In this document: positions 54,676 through 64,000 of the stretch, in pieces
How the letters are laid out: the number at the start of each line of letters is the position of its first letter
Numbering within the stretch: position 1 is the stretch's first letter
Assembly: GCA_963809485.1 (NCBI GenBank)
Contig: CAWEJX010000004.1
Span: 1 to 64,000, forward strand
Length of the DNA stretch: 64,000 bases
DNA from: an uncultured Acidobacteriota bacterium
Lineage (GTDB): Bacteria; Acidobacteriota; UBA6911
Reading direction: 5' to 3'
The notes under the pieces: model-generated
What the model was told of the DNA's origin: nothing
Databases searched by the model: none
The model's input: the letters and a program-made list of their open reading frames with translations, nothing else
Position numbers and translations under genes: made by a program

Positions 54676-56055
54676 CTATTCCTCCGCAGAGTCGAAATAA
54701 TGGTTGTAATAGATCCTCTGTGCCGGGATTCCGAATCTCTCCCGAGTGCAGTTTGTCAAAAATGGTCCGGGCCGCTCTTCGATCGTCTGCTGCGGGACAA
54801 ATCCAAGCGTCTGGTTCAGCTTGTCAAAAGAGACGCGGTAGTCACGGGCATCAAGATTGGAATTATCCCTGGTAATGGGTATGCCGCCCAGCGAGGTCCC
54901 GATGATTTCGGCGACCTCGTCGATCTGATAATTCTGGCCATCCGAGCCGACATTGAAGACCTGGTTTCCCACATCCTGCAGGTTCGCTTCAAGGCATCGG
55001 ACGTAGACTTCAGCGGCATCCTCCACTCCGAGGAGCGGGCGCCACTGCCGGCCGCCAAAGACCTGGATTTTTCCGTCCACAAACGACTTCATGCTCATCG
55101 TGTTGACGACCAGGTCAAACCGCATGCGATGGCGAGTATCCATACAGAGTTCCCATCCGCAGAATGGTCGGGCTGAAATACTCGTCCCCCATGCCGAGGA
55201 TGATCTTTTCGGACTCGATCTTGGTGCGCGCATAAAGAGAAACCGGATTCAGCGGCGCATTTTCATCGAGCAGGTCTGCGCCTATCCCATACACGCTGCA
55301 GGTGGATGCATATAAAAACCGGTTGATATGGTGCAGTTTGCTGGCGGAAGCCAGCGCCTGGGCAGCCAGCACATTGGTTTCGATCGTTTCCGTCGGTCGG
55401 ACTTTCGATGCAGGATCGCCGACTATGGCGGCCAGCAGGACGACGGCGTCCGTCTCGGAAAGCGAACTCACGCAGGTATGAATGTTGCGCAAATCCCCTT
55501 CGATGATTTCGAGGTTTTCGTCTCCGCGAAAGCGCTCCAGCGACCGGCGGCCGTAGATAAAACTGTCCAGGATTCGCACCCGGAATCCGCGGCGGAGCAG
55601 CTTTTCGCGTCAGCACACTGCCCAGATAGCCCGCTCCCCCCACAACCAGGACGCGCTTGTCCGGCCGGTCGGCGCTGGAATCAAGTTCCGAAAAGCCGTG
55701 TAGCCGGTTAAAATCATCGACTGCCAGAACTTCCACGAATGCGCCCATCTGCCGAAACGACCGGAAGGAACCGCACGCCGTTCAATTCCATGTCGACAAT
55801 CATGCTGTCGGCTTTTTTCCGGTTGCTGAGAGATTCTTCGGTGAGCTTGTAGACATGCTTCATCGGACAGCGCCGACTTCCTCTTCGCCTGCGCTCCGCT
55901 GATCAGCAGGCGGCGAAGATCCGCAATGAAATGCCTGCCCAGGTACACGCCCTTTTCGTCCAACACAAACGCGCGGTCGAACGGGCTTTGCTCGATAAGC
56001 TGTATCGCCTTTGGATCGATGTGCCTCTTTTCAGACAGACAACAGGATATTTCAT
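54676..56055 (-). CDS. CBS-like domain plus NAD-dependent epimerase/dehydratase, multiple frameshifts
   Basis: VLVVGGAGYLG, LAAIVGDPA, ASTCSVYG, YARTK, RFDLVVN, DARDYRVSF. Confidence 0.75.
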
Positions 56056-56201
56056 TCCATCCACTCGATTTTAAAACCTTTTACGCGGAGACGCGGAGAG
56101 CGCGAAGTAATAAATCCCGAACTTTGCAGGCTCCTCGCCTCCGCGTGAGATTCCTTGCGCAACCCAATGGAACCTTGCAGCCCGCAACTGTTTTGTCCAT
56201 T

Positions 56202-57115
56202 TCAGGATTGATGCTTAACGAACCACTCAACATACATGCGCATGGCGTCTTCATAATCCAGCGCGGCTTCCCATCCCAGCAGGCGATAAGCCTTTTCCGA
56301 AGAGATGAACCGTCCTTTGAAATTCCCCTTCCGATCCTCGACAAAGGTCAGCTAGGCTTTCTTCCCGAGGATTTCCTCGATTGTTTTCACATATCTGGAT
56401 TACGCTGATTCTTTTCTTGCCGTTGAGATTAAATATCTGGTTTTCCGCAGCCGGATTCAGACAGGCGGCATTGCCGCGCGCAAGATCCTTGACATAGATG
56501 AATTGCCGCGACTGGCTGCCGTCTCCATGGATGGTGATCGGTTCCCCGCGGAGGATCCGTCGGATGAAAATCGGAGTGACGGTTTCCGGGCGCGCACGTT
56601 CGCCGAAAGGAATGCCGTACCGCATGATGGTGTAGTTCACGCCGTAGAGACTCCGGTAATTTTTGCAGAACAGCTCGGCGGCAATCTTGGACGAAGTGTA
56701 GATGTGGTCCGGATTTTCGGTATAGGGCGTGTCCTCGGTAATGTTTTCTTCTCCCGCTTCGGGAAGCGATCCATAGACCCACTCGGTGGACGCCAGGATG
56801 ACACGCGCGACCGCCGTGCGGCGGGCAGCCTCCAGGACCGACAGTGCGGTACCTGCCGTTATGTCGTTGGAAAATAGGGGGCTTTCAAAAAAACGGTTCA
56901 CATTCGCTTCGGCGGCGATCAGATAGACGATGTCGCCCTTTGAAAACCTGGATCATCCGGTCGATGTCCCGCGTATCCCCCCGGACAAATCCGCATTTCT
57001 GGCCGTAATGCGGCGCCTCGAGATCGTAGATCAGTACTTCATGCCCTTGATCGAGCAATACATCCACAACATGAGATCCGATGAATCCGGATCCTCCGGC
57101 AACCACAATTTTCAT
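56202..57115 (-). CDS. NAD-dependent epimerase/dehydratase (GalE-like), frameshifted
   Basis: GGSGFIG, ASTEWVYG, YTSSK, GDGSQSRQFIYVKD. Confidence 0.82.
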
Positions 57116-57446
57116 ACGGAAATACCGAAAGCTCCTCTCATACACGAACAGCCAGGGGTGTCCTGCGCTTCGGCAAAATGCAATTCCATTTCCCGGCTGC
57201 AGCATTAGCTTCGTCATTACCGGGAGGCAGGTCAAGCTATTTCGGCGATCAGCCTCTCAGCAGGGATTTGGCCGGCAGGCAGCATTTTCATGCATTCAAT
57301 GAAAATCCGGCAAAAAAAAGAGCTTGACCACGAACCACACGAATTACACTAATATCTCCTTGCGGTAAAGCTCGGGCATGGACACAAGCCCGGCACATTG
57401 CTGTCGTGCAATTCGTTACAGTCCTTGAAATCAGGAGAAACAGCCG

Positions 57447-57737
57447 ATGATTCGAGTATCCGTTATGTACCCTCAAGGCGGGAAGTTTGATTTTGACTAT
57501 TATGTGAACAAACACATGCAACTGGTGCACAAGCTGCTCGATCCTTTCGGCCTGATTGGAACTGAGGTCGACAAAGGCGCCGGCGACGCCCCGTTCATGG
57601 CCATGGGGCATCTGGTATTCAAAACAATGGAGGATATGCAGAAGGCCCTTCAGGCGCACGATCCGGAACTGGCAGCGGACGTGGTCAATTTTACCGATGT
57701 AAAGCCGCAGTTCCAGGTCAGCGAAATCATCGCCTGA
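57447..57737 (+). CDS. EthD family reductase
   Basis: VSVMYP...FDFDYY..KHM.L...ADV.NFTD..P..QVSE; RBS AGGAG. Confidence 0.88.
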   Translation: MIRVSVMYPQGGKFDFDYYVNKHMQLVHKLLDPFGLIGTEVDKGAGDAPFMAMGHLVFKTMEDMQKALQAHDPELAADVVNFTDVKPQFQVSEIIA

Positions 57738-57803
57738 TCCTCGAGCCTTCGAGGCCTGGCGATTGACCCTATTTGGATTCAGAGTCCCGGAAGCTGGTTT
57801 TTT

Positions 57804-59777
57804 TCAGCGCGGAGGGATGCTTATGCGTTTCGAGCTGTGGTCCCTCCCCAGGAAATAATTAACCCAGGCCGAAGTTTGCCAGAGTTCCCAGTCACACGGG
57901 GGGATAATGTAACTGCCGATCTCGTCCTGCTTGTTTTGGGACTTCAGACGCAGGTAGGCGCGCACCCAGATACACAGTTTTTCCTTGGGATATACTTCGC
58001 ACCAGCCCTCGAAGCTTCCCCCGCAGGGAGCGTTTCGCTGGTCCTTGGGGCATTGGGACACCGGGCAGAGGTATGCCGCATCGAACAGAGCGCAATCCCC
58101 GCAGTCTCTGCAACGATAAAGGGCAACTTTGATCATGTGCTCAACAAAGTGAAATACCCTGTATAGCGGCTGCGACGACTGAATGAGTTGCATCAATCCG
58201 CGCAAGGGCCTGAAAAGCGGGCTTTCAGGGTTGAAAACAACCTTGTGAAACGCGTGGGAAAGAAGAAAATTCGCAGGGCGGCAAGACTTTTGAGGTTTGA
58301 CCGCCGGCCCAGGCTTATTCAGCCCCATCGAATCGGGCTGGAAAAAATAAAATCCTTTTTCCTGCGGGAAGTCGAATTCCGGGAGCAGGCTGGACCAATC
58401 GCCCGCAAGTTCGTTGCCTTTGCTGATGATGTACTCCACGCTCTCAAACGGCAGCCCCTGGCCGCTGATATAGGTCCCTTTGTACCCCATGCCCTTGACT
58501 ACCGCAAACATTTTGGCCGCCCGGTCCAGGCGCGCCTGCTTGCCTTTGTCCGCGCTTTCAAATTCGGTGGCTATGCGTTCGAGAAGCTTGCGGGTCACCA
58601 CGCAGCCGGGAATATTGTTGGCGTGCATCGCCTGGGCAACCGGGTATGAAAGCACATAAATGCTGGCCATGGCCGGAATCCCGTAGCCATGGTTTCTCAG
58701 CCACAGTTGAAACTCGTGCAATTTGCGGGCGTCATAGCCGACCTGAGTGATGACGAAATCCGCCCCGGCGGCGATTTTCTTTTTCATTTTGTAATATTGC
58801 CCCATCACCTCGGCCTCCATCTGCTTGAAAGGTGAAAAGGCAACGCCAGCAAAAAAGTCGGTGGGCGCCAGCCGGGTGCGTTTCCGCAGTATTTCCCGCT
58901 CCATTCCATTGTTCATTTCCGCAACCAGCCTGAGACCATTAACAGAGTCCAGGTCAAAAACCGGCTTGGACTTCCCGGTGAAGCCGAGGCTGGAGGGATA
59001 ATCTCCGGTCAGTATGAGCACGTTGTTGATATCGAGCGCCGCAAGCTGGAAGAGCAGGCTTTCGGCCTGATTTCGGCTCCTGTCCCTGAAGGCAATGTGC
59101 ACCAGGGGCTCGATGCCTGTCTTCCTGATTTCGGCGCACAGGATGTCGGTGGCAATGGCCGGATTGCCCCCCGGATTGTCCGTGATGCTTATGGCGCAGA
59201 CCTTTTCACTCCTGGCAGCTTTCCGCGCATTTTCCAGAACGGTTTCCTGGCGTGTTTCAAAGGCGCCGGGCCCCGGGATCTGTTCCCAGACCAGGCAGAA
59301 CCTATCCGGGTTCAGCATAGCCCGTTTCAGCCGATTCTCCCTTTCACGCAGTTTTCGGGCGATGGTCTTCGATAATTCGGGAAGCAGGTTTTCGGCGGCG
59401 AGGAACGTTCCTGCGGTTCCTGCCAAAAAGGTGAAATCCCCGACGCCCATCGTCAGGTTTTCATCGCCCAATATCCGGAAAGCACTTCCTGAAGGATCCG
59501 ATTCAACTATGAGCAGGGAAGCATGGTGGGAAATCCAGCCTTCGCGCAGGTCCCCGTATAGCTTCTGAACGGACTGCGGCGTGTCCAGGTCGCCAATAAT
59601 GATTATGTCAGGCCGGCCTCCCCTGATTTTGTCGAGTCCCTCGGCCTCGCTGGATGCATAGTCGACGTTTACGGCCTCTCCGGCAGCTTTTCGGGCTATT
59701 TCGGCTAAATTCGGATTCCGGCTAATTACGAGCAGTTTTTTTTGTGGACTGGCCGTTTTCATAATAGACGGAGACAT
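57804..59777 (-). CDS. metF: Methylenetetrahydrofolate reductase with N-terminal receiver-like domain and C-terminal Cys-rich MetV-like domain
   Basis: ITDNPGG, LTGDYP, KKIAAGADFVITQVGYD, CRDCGDC...CPK..RNAPCGG....CEV. Confidence 0.85.
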   Translation of the reverse strand: MSPSIMKTASPQKKLLVISRNPNLAEIARKAAGEAVNVDYASSEAEGLDKIRGGRPDIIIIGDLDTPQSVQKLYGDLREGWISHHASLLIVESDPSGSAFRILGDENLTMGVGDFTFLAGTAGTFLAAENLLPELSKTIARKLRERENRLKRAMLNPDRFCLVWEQIPGPGAFETRQETVLENARKAARSEKVCAISITDNPGGNPAIATDILCAEIRKTGIEPLVHIAFRDRSRNQAESLLFQLAALDINNVLILTGDYPSSLGFTGKSKPVFDLDSVNGLRLVAEMNNGMEREILRKRTRLAPTDFFAGVAFSPFKQMEAEVMGQYYKMKKKIAAGADFVITQVGYDARKLHEFQLWLRNHGYGIPAMASIYVLSYPVAQAMHANNIPGCVVTRKLLERIATEFESADKGKQARLDRAAKMFAVVKGMGYKGTYISGQGLPFESVEYIISKGNELAGDWSSLLPEFDFPQEKGFYFFQPDSMGLNKPGPAVKPQKSCRPANFLLSHAFHKVVFNPESPLFRPLRGLMQLIQSSQPLYRVFHFVEHMIKVALYRCRDCGDCALFDAAYLCPVSQCPKDQRNAPCGGSFEGWCEVYPKEKLCIWVRAYLRLKSQNKQDEIGSYIIPPCDWELWQTSAWVNYFLGRDHSSKRISIPPR

Positions 59778-59795
59778 TCACAAGTGTTCCGGTGA

Positions 59796-60443
59796 TTATC
59801 GGGGGACACTGGTGGCTGTCCCCTTTTGCGGTTCACCCTTTTGCGGTTCATAGACGAAGAGAAATTCGATCAAACCGTTTCGAAGCCTGAAGGAATTGGC
59901 AACCTGGAATTGGTGCATGACCGCCGAGAGCGCTCGAGGCTGATGCCTCGGACAGGGTCGCATCGCAGGACCGCCGTACTCATACCCAAGATGCGTTGCG
60001 TCAATAATCCGATAGACGGTTATTTCTTCGGGCATTTTCGGAAGATCAAATATGAGCGAATAAAGCAAGGTTCCGGGCTTGCAGAAGCGGCCCACATAAC
60101 CTATCAGGCTGGCAACGGCCGGAAGCTCCAAATAGTTCAGCAGGTCCCAGGCGAGAATGACATCGAAGCGGCGGCCTTCAGGCAAATGGAGCAGCCGTTC
60201 CCATTCGGGATCCGGAAACGTCTCACCCTCCGCCGGTTCTGCCGGCGGCGGCAAAGGCAAGCTTGAGTGCAGGTCCGCCACATAAATGGAACCGCTGAAT
60301 TGGGACCAGAACTCGATGTTGCCTCCACGCGCCGGTCCAAGTTCGAGGATATCGCAGACCTCGGCGCCTTCGAGCCTCAGGCACAGAGCGTTCAAACCGA
60401 GAGTACTCTGAACAACCGGCTCGGATGGAGGTCTGCTTTTCAT
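59796..60443 (-). CDS. Class I SAM-methyltransferase-like protein adjacent to bactofilin
   Basis: ILELGP, FDVILAWDLLNYL, CKPG. Confidence 0.7.
   Translation of the reverse strand: MKSRPPSEPVVQSTLGLNALCLRLEGAEVCDILELGPARGGNIEFWSQFSGSIYVADLHSSLPLPPPAEPAEGETFPDPEWERLLHLPEGRRFDVILAWDLLNYLELPAVASLIGYVGRFCKPGTLLYSLIFDLPKMPEEITVYRIIDATHLGYEYGGPAMRPCPRHQPRALSAVMHQFQVANSFRLRNGLIEFLFVYEPQKGEPQKGTATSVPR
59801..59827. repeat. REP-like palindrome (GGGGACA family) inside the 3' end of the methyltransferase-like gene
   Basis: GGGGGACACTGGTGGCTGTCCCCTTTT. Confidence 0.7.
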
Positions 60444-60458
60444 TCTGCTCCAGCTTCG

Positions 60459-60932
60459 CTACAAAATTTTTGTTCCCATCAAGGGTTTTTCCGGAACCAC
60501 CGTTGAGGGTTTCTCCTTGGGGCTCATGTCGATGCTGCCTCTGAAATTGGAGCCGTCCTCCAAGGCAACTCTGGGAGCAACAATGTTTCCCTGGACGTTG
60601 CCGGTCTGGCGAACAGTCAATTGCTCCTCTCCAAAGAGATTCCCCTCGACCGTACCTTCTATGGTGATGACTTTCCCATAGATGTCGGCCTTGATGCGCC
60701 CGTTCTTGCCGATCGTGACGCTGTGGTGCCGCAACTCGATCTTGCCGTCCACCTGCCCTTCGATCAGGATATCCTCTTCCCCTGTCAGATTCCCCTTAAT
60801 GAAAATCGTGGGGCCAATCACGGCTCGCTCTCTCGTCTGGGGAACCGGATTGCGGGGCGCCGGGGCAGTTTGAGCCTGAGATGCAGGCGCCGGTTGAGGT
60901 CTGGCAGCCTCTGGTTCCGATTTCTTCCACAT
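60459..60932 (-). CDS. Bactofilin (polymer-forming cytoskeletal protein)
   Basis: IG..I.IKG.L...EDI.IEG.V.G.I beta-helix repeats; FRGSIDM. Confidence 0.92.
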   Translation of the reverse strand: MWKKSEPEAARPQPAPASQAQTAPAPRNPVPQTRERAVIGPTIFIKGNLTGEEDILIEGQVDGKIELRHHSVTIGKNGRIKADIYGKVITIEGTVEGNLFGEEQLTVRQTGNVQGNIVAPRVALEDGSNFRGSIDMSPKEKPSTVVPEKPLMGTKIL

Positions 60933-61026
60933 TCCACATCGCTCCTTTCCTTGAAGCCATGAGGACCGGCTCCCGCCTCGCGGCGAACCTTAAAAGAGGC
61001 AGGAGGCCGGTTGTCCCTGGTTTTCC

Positions 61027-62388
61027 CTATTTTCTGTAAACTCCGTATTCTTTCACTGCCGCCACCATTGCCCGAAGGTTCTCCAGCTTCGGATTGTCGG
61101 CTACACATCCGGCGGCAAGAATATATCCACCCCCTTTGCCGCAGGTTTCAATCAGTTTACGGCAGCGCTCTCTGACATCCACGGCGGATCCGGTCACCAT
61201 CAGTGAGGAAGGCACATTCCCCTGAATACAGAACTTGTCGCCCAGTACCTTTTTTGCCTTGGCCATGTCGGTTTGATCAAACCACCAGACCACGGTTCCT
61301 TTGGGAAAATCCTTGACCGTTTCCAGACGGGTTTCGTACCCGCCCTCGGCAAACATCAGGCATATGATTCCCTCGTTGATGAGAGCATCCATCACCTTTT
61401 TCAGAGACGGCCAGTAAAAGGTGTTAAATTGCTTTTCAGACATCCAGCCGTCGGCGCCCTTGTGCAGCGGGAAAATCACCGTGACGGCTCTGTTGATGAC
61501 GGGATGGTGCAGGATGGAGTAAATGATCAATTCCGTCATCACATCGAGGGCCTTCAGCAGCTTGTCGGGACGGCGGAACATATCCATCATGATGCCCTTG
61601 GTCCCCCGCAATGTATCGCCGATGGCATCAAACGGGGCGACATTGAGCAGACCCATGGTCGACGGGAAACCGTGCGCCGGGCCAAAGCCCATCAGCTTTT
61701 TGCTGATTTCGTTCCTTTTTTGGAGGTCTTTCCCGGCATCGATCATCCGTTGCAGCGATTCCTGCACCTGAGGCAGAGCGAGCGCCATAATTTGGCCCGT
61801 GGGGATCTCAATAATATCAGTCAGCGGAGAAATCATTCGGAAACTCTCGAAAGACCCGAAAATTCTGGGCAAATACGTCCGCAGCCAATAGTCGGAAGGA
61901 TCGCGAACGAGATCGTCGTATTCCTCCACTTTCATGTATTCGCCTTCGACAAACTGGTATTCGGGAGCATCGATACTCAGGCCGTGGCCGGGCCAGGCAT
62001 ACAGTTTGTAGTCGAGCAACTCCAGAGCCTTTCCCGGCGCAACCATAGGCACGGCGAAATACTCCAGTTCTTCCGAATACTTTTTGTTGAACGCGTTGCA
62101 GGCTTCGATCCCCTTCTCGATATTGTACATGGCTTCATGCGTGCTCACGCCGTGAAGTATGAGGGGCAGGTGCCCGACCGGCAGGCTGATGGGAACCCGG
62201 TCGGGTTCCTTCACATTGAAAACATCCACAGTCCTTTGAGCCCTTATCTTGTAAGCGTTGGCTGCATCTGCGCTGACAAATTTGATGTCGGTCGGATTAA
62301 GGAAACGATTAAGCCGATATTCCCTTTTTTGCGCGGGCGTAAGTTGGGTCCAGTTCTCAGGCAAACCGGACTGCATTTTATCCGTCAT
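61027..62388 (-). CDS. Uroporphyrinogen decarboxylase / MtaA-CmuA family protein
   Basis: EPDRVP, PFD.IGDTLRG, PLHKG..G.MS..QF..FYWP, GNVP, GGGYIL..GC. Confidence 0.85.
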   Translation of the reverse strand: MTDKMQSGLPENWTQLTPAQKREYRLNRFLNPTDIKFVSADAANAYKIRAQRTVDVFNVKEPDRVPISLPVGHLPLILHGVSTHEAMYNIEKGIEACNAFNKKYSEELEYFAVPMVAPGKALELLDYKLYAWPGHGLSIDAPEYQFVEGEYMKVEEYDDLVRDPSDYWLRTYLPRIFGSFESFRMISPLTDIIEIPTGQIMALALPQVQESLQRMIDAGKDLQKRNEISKKLMGFGPAHGFPSTMGLLNVAPFDAIGDTLRGTKGIMMDMFRRPDKLLKALDVMTELIIYSILHHPVINRAVTVIFPLHKGADGWMSEKQFNTFYWPSLKKVMDALINEGIICLMFAEGGYETRLETVKDFPKGTVVWWFDQTDMAKAKKVLGDKFCIQGNVPSSLMVTGSAVDVRERCRKLIETCGKGGGYILAAGCVADNPKLENLRAMVAAVKEYGVYRK

Positions 62389-63557
62389 GGTCACTCTCTC
62401 CTTCAGGTCTTAAAACCTGCAATTTATATGAATCCAGCGGAATCCCGGATCTGAAGCCTGCCAGAAAAAATTTTCAGGCACAGATCTGCCGCGATTTGTG
62501 TCCCGGGAAGCACGTACCGTCATCCCGGATCTCAAGTTTATAGCAAAAGCCTCTCTACTGCTCACTCCATTGTTAGCTCAGATAAATATCACCGCACCGG
62601 CTTGAAATGCTTCTGCAGCCAGCCTGACACTAGAACGTGCCTCGAATGCGCCTCCCGGCTTCACCTGAGCCCCTTGTCCCTCTACGCCGCATTCCTCTTA
62701 TTTTGCTTAGTTTATAGCAGGTTACTCATTCTTTTTACAATCACATTAAACAAACTGCTGCAATCGGGCGCAACGGGAAGGGAGTCCTGGAACGTATGTT
62801 TGAGTCGATTTGCGGCAACTGATGCTCTCAGGTCAAAAGACAGGCATACCATGGACGGCTGCAATTTTCACGGATCAAGGCAACAAATGCGCGCAAGGCC
62901 TCCAACTGTAAGTGCCAATCCGATAGTGATGAGGGCCGACGGTTTTCGCCTGCAAACCAGGCCGGCTTGCACTCCCGGCAGCTTTTCCTGTTGAAGCGGC
63001 CCGGGCGGACATGCCCAGATCCGGGTCTTCCCAGAAAATCCCGTGAATAATTCGGAAAAGGTTTTTGGGGAAGTCAAAGTGTCGAATGTTCTTACACCTA
63101 AGTTTACAACTGCAATGTATAGAAATAGTAACTGCTTAATCAGATGGTGAAATCGAATTCAAACAATTCCCTGCATAAAATGGAAAAATCTTTTACATTT
63201 TTGAAATCGCATTGCGTCTGTTCGCCTGCCAACTTCAGCGATACAATAAAAAAAAGGGGGATTAATTCACATATAGAAGGAGATACGGCCAGTGACTTCG
63301 GGGGCCTGTCGCGGCTGGTATTATATTTGCTTATCTTTGGGGAAATTTTTACGGATGCAGCGGATTTTTCTCCCAAGTGGGGCAGCCGGGAAGTTGATCG
63401 AGGCTGAGGGGATGTACCCTCACCCGTCCCCGGCCCGTCAATCCCGACTCCCCCACATACTTTATATCGGCTGCACGCCTATTCGCAGTAGCATCCTGGT
63501 TTCTGCAAATATGCTGCCGGAAGGTTCTCCGATTTCCCAAATTGCCGGGCCCATCCT

Positions 63558-64000
63558 TTACACCAGGTTCTTTTCGGCGAAATCCCAGTTCAGCAGTTTC
63601 TCGATGAAGGCTTTGACATAATCGGCGCGCCGGTTCATATAATCGAGATAATAGGCATGCTCCCAGACGTCGATGGTTATCAGGGGCTTCGCCGAGGTGG
63701 TGATGGGTGTTTCTGCATTGGATGTTTTGACTACCTGCAGCCTGCCTCCATCCTGGACCAGCCAGGCCCAGCCGCTTCCGAATTGAGAGGCCGCTGCTCC
63801 GGAAAACGCTTCGACAAATTTTTGATAGCTGCCGAAGCTCTCGCTGATTTTTCCCGCAATTTTGCCATTCGGCTCTCCCCCTCCGCCCGGCTTCATGCTG
63901 TGCCAGTAAAAGGTATGGTTGAATACCTGGGCGGCATTATTAAATAGGGATACCTGGTCGGCTCTTCCTGCGGTCTTTTTGACTATTTCCTCTAGAGTGG
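63558..64000 (-). CDS. sodB: Fe/Mn superoxide dismutase (5' part lies outside the window)
   Basis: FNNAAQVFNHTFYW, FGSGWAWL, DVWEHAYY. Confidence 0.9.
   Translation of the reverse strand, partial: TLEEIVKKTAGRADQVSLFNNAAQVFNHTFYWHSMKPGGGGEPNGKIAGKISESFGSYQKFVEAFSGAAASQFGSGWAWLVQDGGRLQVVKTSNAETPITTSAKPLITIDVWEHAYYLDYMNRRADYVKAFIEKLLNWDFAEKNLV

Noticed and set aside
51448-57115. Cluster of true pseudogenes or programmed frameshifts
   Set aside because: Many single-base shifts in otherwise well-conserved genes throughout the window fit long-read indel errors better; reads are needed to decide
62900-62995. tmRNA (TAAGTGCCAA resume-like motif) or cobalamin riboswitch (CAACTGTAA, TGGGAAG)
   Set aside because: No tRNA-like ends or ALAA-type tag; the B12-like pieces lie on opposite strands
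1-64000. CRISPR array, rRNA or tRNA
   Set aside because: No regularly spaced repeat-spacer units, rRNA-like segments or cloverleafs were seen; the repeats are dispersed

Overview
Gene-dense bacterial chromosomal window, most likely from an Acidobacteriota genome; this is inferred from four paralogous carboxypeptidase-regulatory-domain TonB-dependent receptors (TBDRs), and DUF169, MoaF, URO-D-family and MetF/MetV-type genes suggest an anaerobe. It holds a small mobile/defence-like patch (2.4-8.8 kb: deleted group II intron, AAA/DUF4143 ATPase, IS and integrase remnants, hicBA), an ABC exporter, an uncharacterised secreted protein plus alkaline-phosphatase-family pair, hemN-hemH, a gdhA / PPDK-like ATP-grasp / small Zn-ribbon / gdh locus, a TBDR array, a photolyase, a CoA-transferase, two epimerases, a REC-MetF-MetV fusion, a bactofilin, a URO-D-family gene and a partial SOD. 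Many genes carry single-base frameshifts, which look like uncorrected long-read errors. The best candidates for something new are: (1) a conserved long 5' leader with an invariant hairpin (CCGCTCG-n-CCCTGGCA-CGAGCGG) upstream of three TBDR genes; (2) a putative phospho-signalling module between two glutamate dehydrogenases, including a Zn-ribbon microprotein missing from the ORF track; (3) a six-copy ~230-bp non-autonomous IS200/IS605-derived element with REP-like cargo; (4) two rod-like RNA hairpins in the 62.4-63.5 kb intergenic region. All family calls come from motif recognition; no database search was run.
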